A DNA stretch of 64,000 nt from Bryobacterales bacterium (GTDB lineage: Bacteria > Acidobacteriota > Terriglobia > Bryobacterales > UBA6623). The stretch covers positions 672,001 to 736,000 of the forward strand of contig OY729427.2 in assembly GCA_963422375.2 (NCBI GenBank). Reading direction: 5' to 3'. The notes under the pieces are model-generated. The model was not told the DNA's origin. It searched no databases and saw nothing but the letters and a program-made list of their open reading frames with translations. Positions 8,525 to 18,294 of the stretch are shown here, in pieces. Both the position numbers and the translations under genes were made by a program. The first letter of the stretch is position 1. Each line of letters begins with the position of its first letter.

Positions 8525-11500
8525 CTAGAAGTCGACCCGCAGCCCGAATTGGATCGAGCGCGGGATATTGCACTGCTGGAACACTTGTCCGAACGAACCC
8601 GCGCTCCAGTTGCCGTTTGGCGAGCAGAATATTGAGCGGTTGAAGATGTTGCCGAAGTTCGTCTCCCAGCGCATCTTGAACTGCTCGTTCAGCCAGATGT
8701 CCTTGAAGATGCTCAGGTCCTCGGTGATGTTCGCGAAGCCGCGCACCGTGCCGTCGTTGATCGGCGCGTTCCCGAACCGGAGGGCGCCCGGATCCGACCA
8801 GCCCCCCTTCGTTAGGTAGCGGTCGCTGTTGGGATCGAAACGGCCGCTGATCTGGGTGGTGCCGTCCGTCCCGAACTGGCGGTCGGGGCGCTTCTGCGGA
8901 TTGAACAGGAGCCCGCCCATGTCGTTGGCCATGCCCACGTTGATGGGACGCCCCTGGTCGAAGCGGAAGATGCCAGAGAAGCTCCAGCCGCCGATCAGTC
9001 GCGCGAGGCCGGCCTTCCGGTCCCGCATGAACGGAAGCTGGTAGGTCCAAGCAACGAAGGCGCTGTTAGGGATGTCGTCCGAACTGAGCGTCTTCACGTG
9101 CGGCTCGATCGGATTCTGCCGCCTGCCGCTGCGGCCGTCGTTTCCCTGGCCGCTCTCCGATCCGGTGCCTTCCAGTCGCGAGTACGTGTACGACGCGCGA
9201 AACTGCAAGCCGTTGCCGAAGCGTTTGTCCAGCTTGGTCTGGAAGGAGTGGTAGGTGCTCATGCCGGTCGGCACGCTGCGCCACCGGATGGACTGGATGT
9301 GCGGGAACGGCCGCAGGGCCTGCGCCACGTTTCCGGTAAAGCCCTCGTACGGCGGCCCGATGCCCGCCGCCTGCGCGACCGGCGAGTTGATGTCCGCGTT
9401 CAGCACGGCGGCTCCGTAGCTGATGACGTCGGGATGGTTCATGTTGTTCAGGAGGCCCATCGAGGTCGGGTGGTTCGTCAGCCGAGTCCCGCGGTTGCCG
9501 ATATAGGAGACGTCCAGGACCATGTTGTCGCTGAGCTGGCGCTGGAGCGTGACCGACCAGTTCTGGAACCTAGGCAGTGTCAGGTCGTCATCCGCCACCG
9601 TGATCGGCGCCTGGTTCAGCGACACGGTGGGATCCACGAACGGGGGCCGGATGATGAGGTCCCTAGGGATGCCGTCGTCCCAGTGGTATGTGGCCGTGCG
9701 GCCATTGTTGGTGTTGTTGGCCGCGGGAAAGTTCTCGAATCCGAGAATCGGCAGGCCGGTGAACTGGCTGTGCGCGACGCCCGAGTAGTAGATGCCGTAG
9801 CCTCCTCGGATCACGTTCTTGTCGCCCATGCGGTAGGCGAATCCGAAGCGCGGGCCCCAAGCGTCCTTCGGCGGCTTCTGGAACTTCCGTGAGCCCGTGC
9901 GCCCGGGACCGGTGCCCGCGAAGACCTGGGCGCCCAGCAGGCCGCCCGCCCCGGGATTGGGCGTGTTGAGGTCGAACGTCGAGTACTGGTCGTTGGTTTC
10001 GATGCGCGAGCTCTGGTAGTCCCAGCGCAGGCCCAAGGTCAGCGTCAGGTTGTTGGTGACCTTGCTGTCCACGTTGACCCACGGAGCCAAGTAGCCCTCG
10101 TAGAAGGTCGGCTCGGCGGGGATGTGGAACGTTCCGTTATGTACCTGGCCGAGGATGAACGAGGCGTACGGGTCTCCGGTCGAGGGGAGGTTGTTGCCCA
10201 GTGCGTCGTAGCCGCCCGTCTGCAGGCGATTGAAGCTGAAGGTCCCGCCGGGAGACGCGCCCCACTGGCGGAACGGATACTGGTGATGGCGGAACTCGAA
10301 ACCCATCTTGATCGTGTTCCGGCCCTTGACCCACGTGAGGTCATTGGAGAACTGATAGCGGTTGTTTGTGTTGAACCCGGGTCCGCCCTGTCGGCCGCCC
10401 CACGGGTTGCCGAGACCGGAATACGGAGTGTTGCCAGAGAAGCTGATGCTCGGCGCCCCGGTCCCTTCCTCGATCAGGCCGCCGCGGTCCTGGCCCCACA
10501 GCCTCTCGGGCCAGCCCGTGCCTGCCGACAGCGAGTGCCCGCCCATGTACCACCGGTCGTAGGCCAGCGTGGTGTGGTTGATCAGGTTGTTCGTGATGAT
10601 GTAGTCGAACTGCTGGTGCAGGTGATGGGTCGCGATTGTCTGCTGGAACCCCTGGCCGATGTAATTCGTGTTCTTCGAGAAGTCCGACCAGGAGTTCGCG
10701 CTGCAACCGCCCACGCCGCCGCAACGGCGGATCGACGGACGATCGTTCTCGAAGTAGCTGGTGGTCGAGCGGAAATTGTCCGTGAAGGCGTGGTCCACGC
10801 GGAACAGGACGGTCTGGATGTCGAAGGCCCAGGTCTGGTCGCCGGACCCGCCGTGGACATTGAAGGCGGTACCGGCGCGGTCGGGCTGGACCATCACGTC
10901 CGTGATCTGCTGCGCCGCGACACTGCGCAAGGGATGCGCCGCCGGAATCACGTTGTCGCGGAACGCGTCGCGCGTCGGCACGCCGCTCTCCGTCCTGGTC
11001 GAGTTGGGATCGAAGATAGCCCCTTCCATGATCGGCCTGCCGAGGACGTCGGTGCCGACTTGGTTGTCTGTCAGTAGCTGCCCGAAGTCGCCGCCCTTGA
11101 AAGCGTCTACCGGCGTGGTATTCGCGAAGCTCGGCAGCGTGCCCGAGCGGAAGTCGTAGATGTCCCAGTTGAGAAAGAAGAATGTCCGGTTCCGGCCGTT
11201 GTACACCTTCGGGATGTACACCGGCCCTCCGATGGTGCCGCCGTAGTTGTTCTTTCGGTCCTTCGGTCGGAACGTGCCGAAGAATCCGCTGGCGTTCAGC
11301 GCCTCGTTCGAGAAGTACTCGTACAGGGAGCCGTGCACCTGGTTGCTACCGGACTTGCTGGTGTACTCGATGAAGCCGCCGCTGGTGTGACCGTACTGCG
11401 CCGAATACGTCGTGTTGATCACCTTCATCTCGCGAATGCCCTCGATCGGAACGGCGCTCTCGTGCGTCTGCTGGTGGCCCTCGGCGAAGCCGAAGGCGGC

Positions 11501-12109
11501 GCCGTCGAAGAAATTCTCGGTGGCCATGGTCTGACCGCCGTTGATGCGCGAGTTGAACTGGCTGCCCTTGAACATCGGATCGCCGTTCGGCGCCATCGGC
11601 GTGTACCCGGGCTGGAGGAGCAAGAGCGATTCGGCGAGCCGGATGTCGGCGCCCATCACCACAGGGAGGTCCTCGTAGTACTTCTCGTCCACGGTGTGGG
11701 TCAAGTCGCCCTGCTGGGTGCTGAGCATCTCCGACGCCGCCACGACCTCGACCGTCTCGGTGACGTCGCCGAGCTCGAGGACGGCGTCCTGGCGGAAGAT
11801 CAGGCCACCGGTCAGCAGGATCCCGCTCCGCTGGTAACTCTTGAATCCGGGGCTCTCGACCCGAACGGTGTAGACGCCGAGGACCAGCGGCGGGGAGTTG
11901 AACGCGCCTGCCGAGTTCGACTCTAGGTTGGTGGCGACACCCGTGCCCTCGTCCAATAGCGTCACCGACGCGCCGGGTATGAGCGCGCCGGTGGGATCCA
12001 TTACGACACCGGTGATGATCGCCCGGTCGGCCCGCTGCGCGACCAGGGATGCGGCACAGGCGATGGAGAGGCAGACCATCGTCCACCGAATCAGCAGCTT
12101 GTCTTTCAC
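8525..12109 (-). CDS. TonB-dependent receptor (Oar-like)
   Basis: 1194 aa, GTG start with GGAGGA RBS, signal peptide, YSAQYGHTSGG plug motif, C-terminal PRSIQFGLRVDF. Confidence 0.93.
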   Translation of the reverse strand: MKDKLLIRWTMVCLSIACAASLVAQRADRAIITGVVMDPTGALIPGASVTLLDEGTGVATNLESNSAGAFNSPPLVLGVYTVRVESPGFKSYQRSGILLTGGLIFRQDAVLELGDVTETVEVVAASEMLSTQQGDLTHTVDEKYYEDLPVVMGADIRLAESLLLLQPGYTPMAPNGDPMFKGSQFNSRINGGQTMATENFFDGAAFGFAEGHQQTHESAVPIEGIREMKVINTTYSAQYGHTSGGFIEYTSKSGSNQVHGSLYEYFSNEALNASGFFGTFRPKDRKNNYGGTIGGPVYIPKVYNGRNRTFFFLNWDIYDFRSGTLPSFANTTPVDAFKGGDFGQLLTDNQVGTDVLGRPIMEGAIFDPNSTRTESGVPTRDAFRDNVIPAAHPLRSVAAQQITDVMVQPDRAGTAFNVHGGSGDQTWAFDIQTVLFRVDHAFTDNFRSTTSYFENDRPSIRRCGGVGGCSANSWSDFSKNTNYIGQGFQQTIATHHLHQQFDYIITNNLINHTTLAYDRWYMGGHSLSAGTGWPERLWGQDRGGLIEEGTGAPSISFSGNTPYSGLGNPWGGRQGGPGFNTNNRYQFSNDLTWVKGRNTIKMGFEFRHHQYPFRQWGASPGGTFSFNRLQTGGYDALGNNLPSTGDPYASFILGQVHNGTFHIPAEPTFYEGYLAPWVNVDSKVTNNLTLTLGLRWDYQSSRIETNDQYSTFDLNTPNPGAGGLLGAQVFAGTGPGRTGSRKFQKPPKDAWGPRFGFAYRMGDKNVIRGGYGIYYSGVAHSQFTGLPILGFENFPAANNTNNGRTATYHWDDGIPRDLIIRPPFVDPTVSLNQAPITVADDDLTLPRFQNWSVTLQRQLSDNMVLDVSYIGNRGTRLTNHPTSMGLLNNMNHPDVISYGAAVLNADINSPVAQAAGIGPPYEGFTGNVAQALRPFPHIQSIRWRSVPTGMSTYHSFQTKLDKRFGNGLQFRASYTYSRLEGTGSESGQGNDGRSGRRQNPIEPHVKTLSSDDIPNSAFVAWTYQLPFMRDRKAGLARLIGGWSFSGIFRFDQGRPINVGMANDMGGLLFNPQKRPDRQFGTDGTTQISGRFDPNSDRYLTKGGWSDPGALRFGNAPINDGTVRGFANITEDLSIFKDIWLNEQFKMRWETNFGNIFNRSIFCSPNGNWSAGSFGQVFQQCNIPRSIQFGLRVDF

Positions 12110-12194
12110 GGGCTTCCTCCTTGGATGCCGGTTTCCATGCGCGGGCGGCCGCCTTGCCGGCCCCAGGCGCGACCGTCGATTGAATTGCCCCGGG

Positions 12195-12224
12195 AGAGTA
12201 CCATGCAGCCGGCACTACCGTCAA
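12195..12224 (-). promoter_or_regulatory. Putative sigma70 promoter of the TonB receptor
   Basis: TTGACG-N18-TACTCT with extended -10 TG. Confidence 0.45.
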
Positions 12225-12468
12225 GCCCCCGGGCCGCAACTGAGACCGTCGCGGCCCGGCACCTCGCACGCGCCGTCGTGGCATCGCCCAAGATCGGGGG
12301 CCGGCGGCGGGCCGGCGAGGGCTCAGGGGCGACGGGTCGCGTACCGGATTCCCGCGGTTGCCGCCGGCTGGTTGCACCTAGCAGGGCAGAGGTCGCCCGC
12401 GCAACGGGGAATCCGCGCAGCCGCCGCGCTTGCGCGACCCCTCGCAGGAGCAATAGGCTGTTGGGACG

Positions 12469-13350
12469 ATGCGACTCCTAGGCGTAATGCTCTTGGTCAC
12501 CGCTGCCACGACCGCGGCAGGCCCGGTCAACGTGCTGGTCTGGGACGAGCGCCAACCCAAGCAGGCCGAAGCCTACGACAACTTCCTCGGCAACGAGATC
12601 GCGCGGCGCCTCGGCGCGCTGCCCGGGCTGAACGTCATGTCCGCCGGCCAGGACGACCCCGGGCACGGTCTCAGCTCGCTGGGCGACCAAGACGTGCTGC
12701 TGTGGTGGGGACACGTGCGCCAAGGCGAGGTGCCCGACGAGGTGGGCCTGCGGATCGTGGATCGGGTGCGCGCCGGCCAGCTGGCGCTTGTCGCGCTGCA
12801 TTCGGCCCACTGGTCCGTGCCCTTCATTGAAGCGATGTTTGCCCGCACGCGCCAAGACGCACGACGCCGGTTCCCGCATCCGGACACCGAGATCGAATTC
12901 GTCCGGCCGCCGGGCCGCTTCCCTCCGACCTACGATTCGATCGTCACGCCCGCCTACTACGCCTTCGTGCGGCGCGGGGCCGTCTCGCAGGTTCGCGTCG
13001 ACCTGCCCAACTGCGTGTTCCCGGGCGTGAACGCCCACGGCTTCCCGAGCAGGGTCACGGTCACGAGGCCCGACCACCCGATCATGGCGGGACTGCCCGC
13101 CGAGTTCGAGATCCCGGCCAGCGAGATGTACGACGAGCCGTTCCACGTGCCGGATCCGGACGCGGTGCTGTTCCGGGAGACGTGGCGAGGCGGGGGGCGC
13201 TTCCGCGGCGGGATGCTCTGGAACCTGGGCCAAGGCAAGATCTTCTACTTCCGTCCGGGACACGAAACATTTCCGGTGTTCAAAGATTCCAACGTGCTGA
13301 AGATTCTCGAGAACGCCGTGCGCTGGCTGGGCGGGCAGGTCGAGCGCTGA
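12469..13350 (+). CDS. ThuA-domain (class I glutamine amidotransferase-like) protein, exported
   Basis: VLVWDE, DVLLWWGH, LHSAHWS, EMYDEPFHVPDPD and YFRPGHETFP motifs. Confidence 0.88.
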   Translation: MRLLGVMLLVTAATTAAGPVNVLVWDERQPKQAEAYDNFLGNEIARRLGALPGLNVMSAGQDDPGHGLSSLGDQDVLLWWGHVRQGEVPDEVGLRIVDRVRAGQLALVALHSAHWSVPFIEAMFARTRQDARRRFPHPDTEIEFVRPPGRFPPTYDSIVTPAYYAFVRRGAVSQVRVDLPNCVFPGVNAHGFPSRVTVTRPDHPIMAGLPAEFEIPASEMYDEPFHVPDPDAVLFRETWRGGGRFRGGMLWNLGQGKIFYFRPGHETFPVFKDSNVLKILENAVRWLGGQVER

Positions 13351-13415
13351 GCGGGCAAACCCGTACGGAGCCAACTTCCGCAACCCCCGCACGGTCCCAG
13401 GCCCGGCACGAAGCG

Positions 13416-13934
13416 TCACAAGGGCAGCGGCCGCACCAAGTAGCGCACCTTGACGCGGCCGTGGTCCTGAGCACCCACAGGCTCGAAGCCGAGTCGTTCG
13501 TGGAACCGGAGCGAGCCATCGTTGGGCGGACGCAGGTTCACTTCCGCTGCCAGCAGGCGGTATGGCCGGCCCACACTGGCAGCCGCGTCGCGATAGAGCG
13601 CGTCCGCCACGCCCCGGCGCCGGTACGACGCGGAGACCGCAACTCGATCCACGTAGAGGAAGTCGTCGTACCGCTGGCTGAACCAGCGGAAGTTCGCGCT
13701 GCCGTACGGGGCATCGGGCGCCAGGCAGATCAGAAATCCAGCAATCTCCTGCCCGGCGACGGCCACGCGAAAGTAGACGGCCTGCCGGACGAACCATCGG
13801 AGCCGCTCGTGCGTGAGACTGTTCATCGCCGGGATGGATCTCTCGTTAATCGCCAGCACGGCCGCGAGATCGGCATCCGTCACGTCCCGGATCCGAACGG
13901 AGGCGCCCGCCTCGGGTGGAGATTCGCGACGCAT
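13416..13934 (-). CDS. GNAT family N-acetyltransferase
   Basis: YVDRVAVSASYRRRGVADALY and EVNLRPPNDGSLRFHERLGF. Confidence 0.9.
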   Translation of the reverse strand: MRRESPPEAGASVRIRDVTDADLAAVLAINERSIPAMNSLTHERLRWFVRQAVYFRVAVAGQEIAGFLICLAPDAPYGSANFRWFSQRYDDFLYVDRVAVSASYRRRGVADALYRDAAASVGRPYRLLAAEVNLRPPNDGSLRFHERLGFEPVGAQDHGRVKVRYLVRPLPL

Positions 13935-14058
13935 GCACTCGCGAGGCCCGCAAGCCGCGACCGCCGAGCGATTCGCCTGCGGCGGACCCCCTCAATGAGC
14001 TCCAACTTTTCGGTCCGTCGGGAACCGAATCGGTCCGTCGGCCGTCTGCAGACAGCAT

Positions 14059-15708
14059 ATGATACCCAAGCGAGCGCGAGTCATCGAAGGCGCAGGCTGC
14101 CTGGCAGTGCTGGCATTCGTACTCACGGGAGCCTGCGAGGAGCGAGCCTCGCAGGCACCGAAGGCGGCCGGCGGGCCTCCGCCAAGTCCGCCGCAGATGC
14201 ATACCGAGATCATCAGGCCGCCGGTGAGTTCGGCGGTCATCGGCACGCCCATGTTTGCCGAGCGCTCGACCGGCGGCACGACGGACGGAGACCGGTTCCC
14301 GAGCTACCAAGACAGCCGGGTGCGGGCGGCAGCCGAGCATCGCGTGTCGACCTTCTCGATCGATGTCGACACGGGTTCCTACAGCTTCGTGCGGGCGGCG
14401 CTCAATCGCGGCCACCTGCCGGATCCAGACGCCGTCCGCGTGGAGGAGCTGGTGAATTACTTCCCCTATGCTTACCCCGCGGCAAGCGAGCGCGGCAAGC
14501 CGTTCGCGGCGACGGTGTCCGTCGCGGCCACGCCTTGGAACGCCGGGACCAAGCTGCTCCACATCGGGATCAAGGGCTACGAACTCGGGAACAGCGGTCG
14601 GCCGCGCGCCAATCTGGTGTTCCTCATCGACACGTCGGGCTCAATGGACGAGCCGAACAGGCTTCCACTGGTAGTCCAGTCCCTGAAGGTGCTTCTCGGG
14701 AACCTCGATCCGAAGGACCGGGTGGCGGTCGTGACCTACGCGAGCGAAGTGGGCACGGCGCTCGAGCCCACGCCCGTGGCCGAGCGCTCCAAGATCCTGG
14801 CGGTGCTGGACAGCCTGCAGGCAGGAGGATCCACCGCAGGAGGGGCGGGTCTCACGGAGGCGTACCGGCTGGCAGAGAGCGACTACATCGAGGGCGGCCT
14901 GAATCGCGTGATTCTCGCCACCGACGGCGATTTCAACGTCGGGATGACGGACACCGCGGTGCTCAAGGGCTTCGTCGCGGCAAGGCGGTCCAAGGGCGTC
15001 TACCTGTCGGTGCTCGGATTCGGGATGGGCAACTACCACGACTCGCTCATGCAGGCGCTGGCCCAGAACGGCAACGGCAACGCGGCCTATATCGACACCT
15101 TGAGGGAAGCGCGCAAGGTGCTGGAGCAGGAAGCGACCTCCGTCATGTTCCCGATCGCGAAGGACGTCAAGATCGAAGTGGAATTCAACCCGCACACCGT
15201 GAGCGAGTACCGCCTGATCGGCTACGAGAGCAGGCTTCTGGCGCGGGACGACTTCCGCAACGACAAGGTGGACGCCGGCGAAATCGGCGCCGGGCACACG
15301 GTGACCGCGCTCTACGAGATCACTCCGGCGGGCTCGGGCGCCGCGCTCGTCGGTTCCTTGAGGTACCGGCCGCAGGGCGGGCCGCCGGCTGGCGTCTCCG
15401 ACGAGTACGCGTGCGTCAAGATCCGCTACAAGCTTCCGGACAGCGAGACGAGCACGGAGATCACCCGGGTCGTCGGGCCGGACGACGAGCTGCCGCGCCT
15501 CGGGGCCCTCTCGCAGGAGACGCGCTTCAGCGCGGCCGTCGCAGGGTTCGGCCAGCTCCTGCGCGGAGGCACCTACACCGGCGACTTCGACTTCGGCGAC
15601 GTGATCGACCTTGCGCAAGGAGCTCAGGGCGCCGACCACTTCGGCTACCGCAGGGAGTTCATCGAGCTAGTGCGCGCCGCCCGGACCGTCGCGGATCTCG
15701 ACCTCTGA
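14059..15708 (+). CDS. VWA-domain lipoprotein (YfbK-like, vWF_A plus DUF3520)
   Basis: STFSIDVDTGSY, MIDAS DTSGS, ILATDGDFNVG, DAGEIGAGHTVTALYEI, lipobox LTGAC. Confidence 0.9.
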   Translation: MIPKRARVIEGAGCLAVLAFVLTGACEERASQAPKAAGGPPPSPPQMHTEIIRPPVSSAVIGTPMFAERSTGGTTDGDRFPSYQDSRVRAAAEHRVSTFSIDVDTGSYSFVRAALNRGHLPDPDAVRVEELVNYFPYAYPAASERGKPFAATVSVAATPWNAGTKLLHIGIKGYELGNSGRPRANLVFLIDTSGSMDEPNRLPLVVQSLKVLLGNLDPKDRVAVVTYASEVGTALEPTPVAERSKILAVLDSLQAGGSTAGGAGLTEAYRLAESDYIEGGLNRVILATDGDFNVGMTDTAVLKGFVAARRSKGVYLSVLGFGMGNYHDSLMQALAQNGNGNAAYIDTLREARKVLEQEATSVMFPIAKDVKIEVEFNPHTVSEYRLIGYESRLLARDDFRNDKVDAGEIGAGHTVTALYEITPAGSGAALVGSLRYRPQGGPPAGVSDEYACVKIRYKLPDSETSTEITRVVGPDDELPRLGALSQETRFSAAVAGFGQLLRGGTYTGDFDFGDVIDLAQGAQGADHFGYRREFIELVRAARTVADLDL

Positions 15709-15830
15709 CCCGGGAATCCAGATTCGCGGCCGCCGACGCCGGCGGGCACCGCCCGCGGATCGATTCCGCGCCCGGGCCGCTTCGCGTGAAGACGGCGCGA
15801 GGCCCCGGCCAAGACGGCTACCCTGAATGT

Positions 15831-18275
15831 ATGAGGGGGACCTCGTACCGGCCGCGGGATATCGAGCCGAAGTGGCAGGAGTACTGGAAGCGGCACCACG
15901 TCTACCGCGCCGAAACCGACCCGGGCAAGCCCAAGTACTACGTTCTCGAGATGCTGCCGTACCCCTCTGGAGTGCTGCACATGGGCCACGTGCGCAATTA
16001 CTCCATCGGCGACGCGCTGGCCCGCTACAAGCGCATGCAGGGCTTCCGCGTGCTGCACCCGATGGGCTGGGACTCGTTCGGGCTGCCGGCCGAGAACGCG
16101 GCGATCAAGAACAGGCGCGACCCCGGCGAGTGGACGAAATCCAACATCGAGGCCATGAAGCGCCAGCTAGGGGCCTTCGGCTTCAGCTACGACTGGGATT
16201 GCGAAACGTCGAGCTGCGAGCCGGAGTACTACCGCTGGAACCAGTGGTTCTTCCTGCGCATGTGGGAGCGCGGCCTCGCCTACCGCAAGAGCGCCGCCGT
16301 TAACTGGTGCCCCGACTGCGCCACGGTGCTGGCGAACGAGCAGGTGGTCGACGGCTGCTGCTGGCGCCACGAGGAGACGCCCGTCGAGCAGCAGGAGCGC
16401 GAGCAGTGGTTCTTCCGCACGACGGCGTACGCAGACGAGCTGCTCCAGGCCTTGGAATTCCTCGAGGGCGGATGGCCGGAGCGCGTTCTCGCGATGCAGC
16501 GGAACTGGATCGGCCGCTCCGTCGGCACGGAGGTCGACTTCACCGTGCAGGGCTCGGGCGAGAGGATTCGGGTGTTCACCACGCGCGTCGACACCATCTT
16601 CGGCACCACCTGCCTGATCCTCGCCCCCTTGCATCCCCTGGTTGCGAGGCTGGACCTCGGCGGGCGCGGCCAGGCGTTGGCGGCGGACGCGGCCAGCAAG
16701 AGCCCGGACGACCTGGAGAAGAAGGGTTTCTTCACCGGGCACCATGCCGTGAACCCCTACAGCGGCGAGGCGGTCCCGGTATGGGTCGGGAACTTCGTCG
16801 TCATGGGCTACGGCACTGGCGCGATCATGGCAGTGCCGGCCCACGACCAGCGCGACTTCGAGTTCTGCCGCAAGCACGGCATCGATGTCTTTCCCGTCAT
16901 TCGCCCCGCCGACAGCGAGCTCGCCCGCGCCGGCGAGATGACCGAGGCCTTCGCGGACTACGGCGTGGTCGAGCGGTCCGGCGAATTCAGCGGCCTCGCC
17001 AGCCAGGAAGCCATCGAGCGAATGAGCGCCAAGGCGGAGGCAGGGGGATTCGGCAAGGCCGCGGAGACGTTCCGCCTGCGCGACTGGGGCATCTCCCGCC
17101 AGCGCTACTGGGGCACGCCGATTCCCGCGATCCGCTGCGACCGCTGCGGCATGGTGCCGGTCCCCGACGAGGACCTGCCCGTGCTGCTGCCTCGCGGCGT
17201 CGAACTCACCGGCTCGGGAGAATCCCCTCTGCGCAGCGTTCCGGAGTTCCTAGACGCAGACTGCCCGCAATGCGGCGGACCAGCCGAGCGGGAGTCGGAC
17301 ACGATGGACACGTTCGTGGATTCGAGCTGGTACTTCTACCGGTACGTGGACGCCCGCAACGAGAGCGCGCCCTACTCCACCGAGAGGGTCGCATTCTGGT
17401 TTCCCATCGACCAGTACATCGGGGGCATCGAGCATGCCGTCCTGCACCTGATCTACTGCCGCTTCTTCACGAAGGTCATGCGCGACCTCGGCCTGATCGA
17501 CTGGGACGAGCCGATCCGCCGGCTGTTCACCCAAGGGATGGTGATCCGCGACGGGCGCAAGATGTCCAAGAACCTAGGGAACGTCGTCAGCCCGGAGGAA
17601 CTCGTGGCGCAATACGGCTCCGACACCGCTCGCATGTTCGCGCTGTTCGCCGCACCGCCCGAGCGCGACCTGGACTGGCTGGACGAGGGCGTCGAGGGGA
17701 TGTGGCGTTTCCTGTCGCGTGTGCATCGATTCGTCGTGCGCAACGCCAGCGACGGCGTGGAAGCGAGTGCCGCCGCCCGCAGCGAGGCGGACCGGGCCGC
17801 CCTAAGAAAGCTGCACCAGACCATCAAGCGGGTGACCTCCGACTTCGAGACGCGCTGGCACTTCAACACGTCCATCGCCTCGATCATGGAGCTCACCAAC
17901 CGGCTCCACGACCTCGAGGGACAGGTCTCGGACGGGGTCATGCAAGCGTCCTTGCAGGGCCTCACGCTGCTGCTGAGCCCGTTCGCCCCGCACATAACGG
18001 AGGAGCTGTGGCAGGTGCTGGGCCAAGAAGCACCTCTGCTCAACGCGCGCTGGCCGGTCTTCGACCCGTCGCTAGCCCGCGAGGACACCGTGCAGGTCGT
18101 CGTCCAGGTCAACGGCAGGCTGCGCGACCGCCTGACGGTGCCGAAGGGCCTGGCCAGGAACCAGCTGACCGCGCGCGCGAGGGAGTCCGAAAGAATCCAG
18201 GCACTGCTCGCCGGCAGGACGGTCCGCAAGGTCATAGAGGTTCCCGACAGGCTGGTGAACTTCGTCGCGATGTGA
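15831..18275 (+). CDS. leuS: Leucine--tRNA ligase
   Basis: HMGH and KMSKN motifs, GTGAIMAVPAHDQRD editing motif, DWGISRQRYWG. True start at MRGTSY. Confidence 0.98.
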   Translation: MRGTSYRPRDIEPKWQEYWKRHHVYRAETDPGKPKYYVLEMLPYPSGVLHMGHVRNYSIGDALARYKRMQGFRVLHPMGWDSFGLPAENAAIKNRRDPGEWTKSNIEAMKRQLGAFGFSYDWDCETSSCEPEYYRWNQWFFLRMWERGLAYRKSAAVNWCPDCATVLANEQVVDGCCWRHEETPVEQQEREQWFFRTTAYADELLQALEFLEGGWPERVLAMQRNWIGRSVGTEVDFTVQGSGERIRVFTTRVDTIFGTTCLILAPLHPLVARLDLGGRGQALAADAASKSPDDLEKKGFFTGHHAVNPYSGEAVPVWVGNFVVMGYGTGAIMAVPAHDQRDFEFCRKHGIDVFPVIRPADSELARAGEMTEAFADYGVVERSGEFSGLASQEAIERMSAKAEAGGFGKAAETFRLRDWGISRQRYWGTPIPAIRCDRCGMVPVPDEDLPVLLPRGVELTGSGESPLRSVPEFLDADCPQCGGPAERESDTMDTFVDSSWYFYRYVDARNESAPYSTERVAFWFPIDQYIGGIEHAVLHLIYCRFFTKVMRDLGLIDWDEPIRRLFTQGMVIRDGRKMSKNLGNVVSPEELVAQYGSDTARMFALFAAPPERDLDWLDEGVEGMWRFLSRVHRFVVRNASDGVEASAAARSEADRAALRKLHQTIKRVTSDFETRWHFNTSIASIMELTNRLHDLEGQVSDGVMQASLQGLTLLLSPFAPHITEELWQVLGQEAPLLNARWPVFDPSLAREDTVQVVVQVNGRLRDRLTVPKGLARNQLTARARESERIQALLAGRTVRKVIEVPDRLVNFVAM

Positions 18276-18294
18276 CGCTCTCGTCCGGATTGCG

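Noticed and set aside
13182..15830. Apparent roughly 880-aa N-terminal extension of LeuS
   Set aside because: It is an off-frame read-through over the GNAT and VWA genes. LeuS homology begins at 15831.
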